34,543 nt of DNA, from the UHGV virus genome UHGV-0068935. The stretch is one strand, 5' to 3'. The notes under the pieces were generated by a model that saw only the letters and a list, made by a program, of their open reading frames with translations, was not told the DNA's origin and did no database searches. Positions 29,611-34,543 of the stretch are shown piece after piece (the stretch's first letter is position 1; every line of letters starts with the position of its first letter). The translations under genes were made by a program, and so were the position numbers. Source of the DNA: a virus.

Positions 29611-31284
29611 ATGAACCCCACTAAACGTCTGTTACTGGGTAACGACACCATTCAGCTGGTCAGTTGTTCCGTCATGCTTGAGCTGAACGCGTGCGGACGC
29701 GGATTTATCACGGCCAGAACAGAGCAGAACTACACCGGGCGCCCCGTTCGTCTCGATATCGGATACGGAAACGACCTGGTGCGCTGGTTTACCGGATACG
29801 TTGAACGCAGCCAGCCCGCTGAAAACGGCTCGGTGCGACTTCTGATTCGTGAAATGGCGGGGATCCTTGATCACCCCTTCCCCTGTTCATTTCAGCACCC
29901 GACAATGCGCACGGTCACACAGTGGCTGAGTGAGACCAGCGGGCTGGAAATCATCCTGCCGGACAACGCGGCTTACACTGACAGACCCGTTCCGCATTTC
30001 ACACACAGCGGCACGGGCTACGAACTGCTGGCCAGTCTGGGGCGTATTTTCTCCGTACCGGATTACATCTGGCATCCGTTACCGGACGGCGGCATTATGG
30101 CCGCTGCTGCCGCGCAGGGGATGTTTTCCGGTCGCCCCGTCACCATCCCGCACGAGTTCAGCCAGGCATCAACGGGCGGGCACAGTATGACCCTCCCGAT
30201 GATTCAGACGCTGCGACCGGGTGTGGAGGTGAACGGTCAGCGCCTGACGATGGTCATGCTGGAAGATGACAACATGACCATCACGTGGACACCGCGCAAT
30301 AAAGCCACCGGCGCTCCCCTCCAGAAGTCCCCTTTCCGTCGCCAGGCTGAAAAGGCCTTCCCTGAGCTGGCATCAGGGCTTCACCTGCCCAAACTGGCAC
30401 GTGTTGAGGCACCGACCGAAGCCGTCAGCGCGGGCAATATTGCCGACCCGTTCAGACCCCGCTACGCGGTGAATCTCCAGCTGCTTGACGAGAACGGCAA
30501 CCCGGCAGCAGATACGCCCGTCTATAACGCCGTTCCCCTCCCCGTTCCCATGGCGGGCAGTGAGTCCGGCATGTTCCAGTTCCCGCCACCCGGAACCCTG
30601 GTGGAAGTGGGATTTGTGGAAGGCCGGGCGGATAAGCCCTTCATCCGCCAGATAATGGCAGAGGGCCACAATCTGCCCGACGTGAAGCCGGGCGAGCAGT
30701 TGCAGCAACAGCGCGACGGCGTATCGCAGCGCGTGACGGTCGCCGGAGACTGGGAGCGCCAGACAGACCAGCGGATACAGGAGACATCACGCGAGCGCGT
30801 GGTGAGCGCAGACGAGGAAAAGCGGAGCCTGACCAGCCGGGAGACCACCATACAGGCAACCGACACAACCACCGTCCTGGGCGTATCCACGCTTCAGGCT
30901 GGCGCGGTCACCCATATCACTGAAGAGAACTACAGCATCAGCACGGGCGGGCACATGATGGTGGTTGCCGGTACCTGTGAGCGCGACGTGGAAGGCGACA
31001 CCCAGGACACCGTGGGCGGCAGCCTTACCGAAAAGATTAAGGGCGTCCGTCACAGTATTGCGCAGGCGCAGAAGCTGGTTGGCGATACGGTGAAGCTGGG
31101 AAACGAGGGCATTAATGTACTGACCATGCTGACGGACCTTGCCGATGTGGTGGAAGAGCTGGCAGATATTACAGCATCACATACCCACCCAAAAACGGGC
31201 ACGTCTCCGCAGGCCGCACAGTTCAGCCAGGTCGCTCAGGAGTGCCGCCAGCTAAAAAATAAATATTCGCCAATAATCGAATAG
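29611..31284 (+). CDS. Putative baseplate hub / late control D-like tail protein (557 aa)
   Basis: Last gene of late operon, same position as P2 D; assignment by position only. Confidence 0.35.
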   Translation: MNPTKRLLLGNDTIQLVSCSVMLELNACGRGFITARTEQNYTGRPVRLDIGYGNDLVRWFTGYVERSQPAENGSVRLLIREMAGILDHPFPCSFQHPTMRTVTQWLSETSGLEIILPDNAAYTDRPVPHFTHSGTGYELLASLGRIFSVPDYIWHPLPDGGIMAAAAAQGMFSGRPVTIPHEFSQASTGGHSMTLPMIQTLRPGVEVNGQRLTMVMLEDDNMTITWTPRNKATGAPLQKSPFRRQAEKAFPELASGLHLPKLARVEAPTEAVSAGNIADPFRPRYAVNLQLLDENGNPAADTPVYNAVPLPVPMAGSESGMFQFPPPGTLVEVGFVEGRADKPFIRQIMAEGHNLPDVKPGEQLQQQRDGVSQRVTVAGDWERQTDQRIQETSRERVVSADEEKRSLTSRETTIQATDTTTVLGVSTLQAGAVTHITEENYSISTGGHMMVVAGTCERDVEGDTQDTVGGSLTEKIKGVRHSIAQAQKLVGDTVKLGNEGINVLTMLTDLADVVEELADITASHTHPKTGTSPQAAQFSQVAQECRQLKNKYSPIIE

Positions 31285-31298
31285 TTATTCATTTTAAC

Positions 31299-31326
31299 AG
31301 GCCGCGCAATGTGGCCTTTTTTATTC
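31299..31326 (+). terminator. Putative intrinsic terminator after the last tail gene
   Basis: Hairpin AGGCCGCGCAATGTGGCCT followed by TTTTTTATT. Confidence 0.4.
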
Positions 31327-31399
31327 CCCCGATAATAAAAAATATTCATCACAGGACATCACCCGCCACGAAAAAACCGCCCGCAGCAGAAAAAAAGAT

Positions 31400-31995
31400 G
31401 GACGAAACGCCCCACGTAATCCCCACGTAAAACGTCGCGTAACGCCACGTAACGAAGAGATAACCCCGCCAGCCCGATTCGATCCCCTGACATCGGAAAA
31501 CGATTTCTGCGCCCCAAAATCGCCGCAAATGGCCGGAAATTTTCGGGGGCGACGTAACGCGTAAAGTGACGTAATCGGCGCTACCCCGCACACGCCTCCG
31601 GTATTTGTGTACGATAAATTTTGCAAATCGAAAGGGGTGCAAAACACCCCGCCAGGGCGCGCCATTACTGAGGTTTTCCCTTCTGAATGGTTTTGCACTT
31701 TGTGCAAGGTTTTGCAAAAGTGTGCAAAAACTCCGGCTTTCTGAGGATCCCGAAAAATTTTAATGCACTGAATAACAAGAGATTTTTAAAATTACGTCAC
31801 GATCGAAGATCTGAAAAAGGATCCGGCGACGAAAACGAAAAAATCAGGAAAGCCAGAACTGGCGCGGCCTGGCGGGGAGTGGCAGCAAAAATCACTTTTG
31901 CACACTTTTGCACAACTGCTCCGAAAAAGGATGGCGAAGGGGAAGGAAAAACAGCCACGTCATCCGTTGCACGTAACGGACGTAAAAGGTAAATT
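31400..31995. repeat. Repeat-rich non-coding region: phased CGTAA repeats, TTTGCAC/GTGCAAA repeats, GATC cluster
   Basis: At least 9 CGTAA copies in phased groups (10-12 bp spacing at 31414..31453), tandem CTTTTGCACA x2 at 31895..31914, palindrome GGGGTGCAAAACACCCC at 31634..31650, five GATC sites in 31481..31824; no convincing ORF. Confidence 0.45.
31967..31995 (+). promoter_or_regulatory. Putative promoter of hok copy 1 (TTGCAC-N17-TAAATT)
   Basis: Sigma70-like hexamers just upstream of the start of the duplicated hok unit. Confidence 0.3.
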
Positions 31996-32147
31996 ACGCG
32001 CGGGTGCCTTTCGGCTGACGGCTGGAAGGATTACCTGAAGGCCGGATGTGGAAAGGCCCCGAGTCAAACATTTGTTTAACCCGAGGCCCTGACCATCTAC
32101 CTCGCAAGTGGAAGGTTAGCGCCTCCCTGTAAAAGGAGTCAAGCGCT

Positions 32148-32288
32148 ATGCCGCAAAAAACGATCATAGTGAGCATTTTATGCATAACTATTTTGATGAT
32201 TGTCTGGATGATACACAAGTCACCGTGTGAGTTCAGGCTTAACATCATGTGGTCACAATTTGCGGCGTTCTTGCAGTGTAAACAGTAA
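32148..32288 (+). CDS. hok: Hok/Gef-family type I toxin (46 aa, HokA-like)
   Basis: MPQKTIIVSILCITILMIVWMIHKSPCEFRLNIMWSQFAAFLQCKQ matches my memory of HokA (MPQKYRLLSLIVICFTLLFFTWMIRDSLCELHIKQESYELAAFLACKLKE): shared MPQK, TM helix, SxCE and AAFLxCK; AAAAGGAG RBS. Confidence 0.8.
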   Translation: MPQKTIIVSILCITILMIVWMIHKSPCEFRLNIMWSQFAAFLQCKQ

Positions 32289-32378
32289 GAAACCGCAGCG
32301 GGGGTGAAAGCCCCCGCTATCCGGTTGCCGGGTTCGGTCGATATGGCACCCTTTCTCCGTTGGATTACAGACGTATTT

Positions 32379-32401
32379 GCCCGCAATATGCGGGCTTTTT
32401 T
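32379..32401 (+). terminator. Intrinsic terminator of hok copy 1
   Basis: GCCCGCAATATGCGGGC hairpin followed by TTTTTT. Confidence 0.6.
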
Positions 32402-32403
32402 GT

Positions 32404-32607
32404 TCAGTTGTATTTATTGTGGTCGTTACTGGCAGTGGTATTAACTGATTTTGCATGAATAGCACAAATTTTTTCCACGATAACACCACACGCTTCAAGA
32501 TCTTCCGGGCGTGAAACCTTTATTTTTGTAACCGTCTCAGGATTATCAGCCGTTCCACTTTGCACAACCTCAATTTCAATTTTTTTTCTTGAAAGAATCA
32601 TTTTCAT
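32404..32607 (-). CDS. Possible small ORF (67 aa) between the hok copies
   Basis: AT-rich ORF from the track, weak RBS; no recognised motif. Confidence 0.2.
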   Translation of the reverse strand: MKMILSRKKIEIEVVQSGTADNPETVTKIKVSRPEDLEACGVIVEKICAIHAKSVNTTASNDHNKYN

Positions 32608-32686
32608 CGCCCCGACACAGGACAGAGTAAGCCTGTGCGAAAGAATATCACCAGTGCGATAGCGTTGTCTGCTTCAACGCCAGGCA

Positions 32687-32715
32687 TTGCGCACACAAAG
32701 GGAAATCAGTACATT
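32687..32715 (+). promoter_or_regulatory. Putative promoter of hok copy 2 (TTGCGC-N17-TACATT)
   Basis: Same architecture and position as the copy 1 promoter. Confidence 0.3.
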
Positions 32716-32870
32716 ACACGCGGGTGCCTTTCGGCTGATGGCTGGAAGGATTACCTGAAGGCCGGATGTGGAAAGGCCCCGAGTCAACTTAAATGTTAAC
32801 CCGAGGCCCTAACACTTCCTACCGTGACAAGTGGAAGGTTAGCGCCTCCCTGTAAAAGGAGTCAAGCGCT

Positions 32871-33011
32871 ATGCCGCAAAAAACGATCATCGTGAGCATT
32901 TTATGCTTAACCATGTTGTTGACCGTCTGGATGATACACCGTTCTCCGTGTGAGTTCAGACTTAACATCATGTGGTCAGAATTTGCGGCGTTCTTGCAGT
33001 GTAAACCGTAA
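32871..33011 (+). CDS. hok: Hok/Gef-family type I toxin (46 aa), second copy
   Basis: MPQKTIIVSILCLTMLLTVWMIHRSPCEFRLNIMWSEFAAFLQCKP; same RBS and frame as copy 1. Confidence 0.8.
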   Translation: MPQKTIIVSILCLTMLLTVWMIHRSPCEFRLNIMWSEFAAFLQCKP

Positions 33012-33101
33012 GAAACCGCAGCGGGGGTGAAAGCCCCCGCTATCCGGTTGCCGGGTTCGGTCGATATGGCACCCTTTCTCCGTTGAATTACATAGACATT
33101 T

Positions 33102-33134
33102 GCCCGCGATATGCGGGCTATATTTTTATTTTTT
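33102..33134 (+). terminator. Intrinsic terminator of hok copy 2, abutting the stop of the convergent 398-aa gene
   Basis: GCCCGCGATATGCGGGC hairpin followed by T-rich tract. Confidence 0.55.
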
Positions 33135-34322
33135 GAATAGGTTAATAAATTCAGGTTTTTTCTTATCTCCTGCTTCCCTTCGTTTAACCCAACAACACCC
33201 TGACTGAAGTAAACAGACAAATTCATCCTGCTTCAGCTCTAAGGTGTCTTTAAGTTTTAATTGTTTTTTCGCAGCATCAGGAACAAAAACATCAACAATA
33301 ATCTTTCCGGGGTCATACAGTTGAGTTTCAATCAGCACAGGTAATTTATGGACAGGTCTGGGTTCCATACGAGAAAAAGAAAACTCACCATCCATCACAC
33401 CATCAAAAGTACTTACAGAATCGTAACCAGAAAAGCACTCATATTTCACCTGAAGAACAACAGCATCATCAAGCTTTAAAAAATCGCAATAAGAATCATA
33501 CGCCAGGCGATCACTATAAAAAACATCACCGCGATTAAACTGAAAGGAATCCCCTTGCGTCCAAATTTCATAATTAAAAAACTCTGTTTTTACTGGGGTA
33601 AGTTTTATATCCAAAGAATCCTTGTAACACTCTTTTACAGCAAAGCGCCAACCAGCTGCGTAACCATCAACAAATACCGCAATCAACGCATTACTACGGC
33701 GAAACTCCCTTACAGTACGGATAGAAAGCGAGAACTCATCTATCATACTCTTGTAAGTGTTAACATCCTTCTCAAGCGATTTACTGATATCATTCTCAAC
33801 CACGCAGTCTTGCTCAAGAGGAATTTCACCAGTATCAATAAAATTGATAAATTGTTCTTCTGTCAGAATAATTACGCCATAATCGCTGGCTTTCTGAACT
33901 TTCCGCCACCCTTTGTTCTTTCCTACACAAAGGAAAAACAAACTTTTTCCAACATCAGACTTAACATCAATACCATTTTCTTTTGCAAGAGCACTTAAGC
34001 GAGATTTATCAGACTGGTCAAATCCGGTAAAACAAATTGAAATTGAATTCTTTTTGGGTGAAGATTTTCGGGGGGGGGGGGCAATATACTGACTGAAATC
34101 AGTTTCAGACGCAACCTTATTCAACTCCTGGTCGCTAGAAAACATCTGAATAACACGGTCTTTCAAAAAGGTACGAAATGCGCGACGAGTTAAAGAGAAT
34201 CCTTGTAAATAATCCCCTTTTTCAGCCACCTTTATCACGCATTGAGCCGACAACTCCCCTCTACCGTTAACATACAGAAAAAACGCCTCTTTATTTTCGT
34301 TTATCATTTCCCTATCAAACAT
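33126..34322 (-). CDS. Cargo protein with WYL-like N-terminal motif, Pro-rich linker, BRCT-like domain and uncharacterised C-terminal domain (398 aa)
   Basis: Residues about 93-165 (ICFTGFDQSDKSRLSALAKENGIDVKSDVGKSLFFLCVGKNKGWRKVQKASDYGVIILTEEQFINFI) follow the BRCT pattern of the NAD-ligase C-terminus; residues about 37-58 (DYLQGFSLTRRAFRTFLKDRVI) resemble the WYL signature; markedly AT-rich; GGGGG SD-like element upstream. Confidence 0.6.
   Translation of the reverse strand: MFDREMINENKEAFFLYVNGRGELSAQCVIKVAEKGDYLQGFSLTRRAFRTFLKDRVIQMFSSDQELNKVASETDFSQYIAPPPRKSSPKKNSISICFTGFDQSDKSRLSALAKENGIDVKSDVGKSLFFLCVGKNKGWRKVQKASDYGVIILTEEQFINFIDTGEIPLEQDCVVENDISKSLEKDVNTYKSMIDEFSLSIRTVREFRRSNALIAVFVDGYAAGWRFAVKECYKDSLDIKLTPVKTEFFNYEIWTQGDSFQFNRGDVFYSDRLAYDSYCDFLKLDDAVVLQVKYECFSGYDSVSTFDGVMDGEFSFSRMEPRPVHKLPVLIETQLYDPGKIIVDVFVPDAAKKQLKLKDTLELKQDEFVCLLQSGCCWVKRREAGDKKKPEFINLFKK
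34070..34081. repeat. Homopolymeric G tract (about 12 nt; C12 on coding strand) inside the 398-aa gene
   Basis: Run of G in the sequence; the ORF track reads it in frame as Ala-Pro-Pro-Pro-Arg. My hand count of the printed text gave 11 G, but the track translation requires 12, so exact length is uncertain by 1. Confidence 0.75.
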
Positions 34323-34357
34323 AGGACCCCCGTATCAGGCTTAACATTTTGTATATG

Positions 34358-34385
34358 CTTAGCCCGCGAATCATTACGGGCTAAG
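34358..34385. promoter_or_regulatory. Perfect 9-bp inverted repeat (CTTAGCCCG-N10-CGGGCTAAG) upstream of the 398-aa gene
   Basis: Located 36-63 bp upstream of the start codon on the minus strand; operator-like geometry. Confidence 0.3.
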
Positions 34386-34400
34386 ATGTATCGCTATGGC

Positions 34401-34414
34401 AAAATGTGGACAAC
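34401..34414. repeat. Putative Int arm-type site AAAATGTGGACAAC, right copy
   Basis: Near-identical to 476..489; lies 46 bp inside the proposed attR core. Confidence 0.3.
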
Positions 34415-34459
34415 GAGAAAAATAATCCTTTATTTTTCATTGCATTACATCAATTTTCG

Positions 34460-34476
34460 CGCCACCCGAAGGTGGC
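34460..34476. repeat. attR: Putative attR core (CGCCACCCGAAGGTGGC), right copy of 17-bp direct repeat
   Basis: Identical to 362..378; here forms a terminator-like hairpin (CGCCACC-CGAA-GGTGGCG) followed by a T-rich tract. Confidence 0.45.
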
Positions 34477-34543
34477 GTGCTTTTATTATTACTTATCCCT
34501 GTCTAACCAGTCGCCGCTTTCAATTAGCTTTAATCCATCGACG

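Larger units (their letters stand above)
31996..32401 (+). repeat. hok/sok-type type I toxin-antitoxin locus, tandem copy 1
   Basis: About 410-bp unit repeated at 32716..33134 with about 90% identity; contains hok CDS, 5'/3' complementary ends (GGGTGCC vs GGCACCC) and a terminator. Confidence 0.7.
32716..33134 (+). repeat. hok/sok-type type I toxin-antitoxin locus, tandem copy 2
   Basis: Second copy of the unit; differences cluster in the mRNA leader and in the TM-coding part. Confidence 0.7.
362..34476. mobile_element. Integrated P2-family temperate prophage with non-P2 tail module and AT-rich cargo near attR
   Basis: P2-like int, C, cox, A, ogr, Q, P, O, N, M, L recognised by sequence; flanked by 17-bp direct repeat adjacent to int; contiguous phage gene set between the repeats. 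Confidence 0.7.

Noticed and set aside
31321-31992. Track ORFs in the repeat-rich region (minus 31321..31707 and 31349..31717, plus 31687..31992)
   Set aside because: No RBS, low-complexity translations and overlap with dense direct and inverted repeats; region interpreted as non-coding or regulatory.
32046-32132. mok-like upstream leader ORF (28 aa) before hok copy 1
   Set aside because: The equivalent frame in copy 2 stops after 8 codons (32766..32792), so the reading frame is not conserved between copies; not annotated as a gene.
31994-32386. 130-aa minus-strand ORF overlapping hok copy 1 (similar ORF at 32819..33226 over copy 2)
   Set aside because: Antisense to a well-supported Hok CDS and its structured mRNA; any ORF in a duplicated unit recurs by construction. 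Best explained as a spurious antisense frame, although an antisense RNA is expected in this region.
1-34543. CRISPR arrays, rRNA genes, insertion sequences or transposases
   Set aside because: No spacer-repeat arrays, no rRNA-like conserved blocks and no transposase-like ORFs with terminal inverted repeats were seen; the only mobile element supported is the prophage.

Overview
The window is almost entirely one integrated temperate prophage of about 34.1 kb (roughly 362..34476), bounded by a 17-bp direct repeat (CGCCACCCGAAGGTGGC) that I interpret as the attL/attR core. Its integrase, immunity repressor C, Cox-like excisionase, rolling-circle replication protein A, Ogr-type zinc-finger late activator and the Q/P/O/N/M/L head module are recognisably P2-like (calls from my memory of P2 protein sequences and motifs, no database search run). 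The tail module is not P2-like in order: putative sheath and tube, then an embedded lysis cassette (putative holin, DNA methyltransferase, M15 endolysin, Rz/Rz1 spanins), a tail chaperone with a -1 frameshift site, tape measure, baseplate J/I-like genes, tail fiber and fiber assembly, and three further tail-associated genes. Between the last tail gene and attR lies about 3.2 kb of cargo: a repeat-rich non-coding stretch, two tandem HokA-like type I toxin loci (about 90% identical) and a 398-aa AT-rich gene on the minus strand encoding a BRCT-like domain with a WYL-like N-terminus and an unrecognised C-terminal domain, carrying a 12-nt homopolymeric G/C tract in frame. That gene is my best candidate for an undescribed accessory or defence function; the hok loci are a known family. 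No rRNA, tRNA or CRISPR array was found. Coordinates were indexed by hand and may be off by 1-2 nt; all product calls rest on motif recognition and are unverified.
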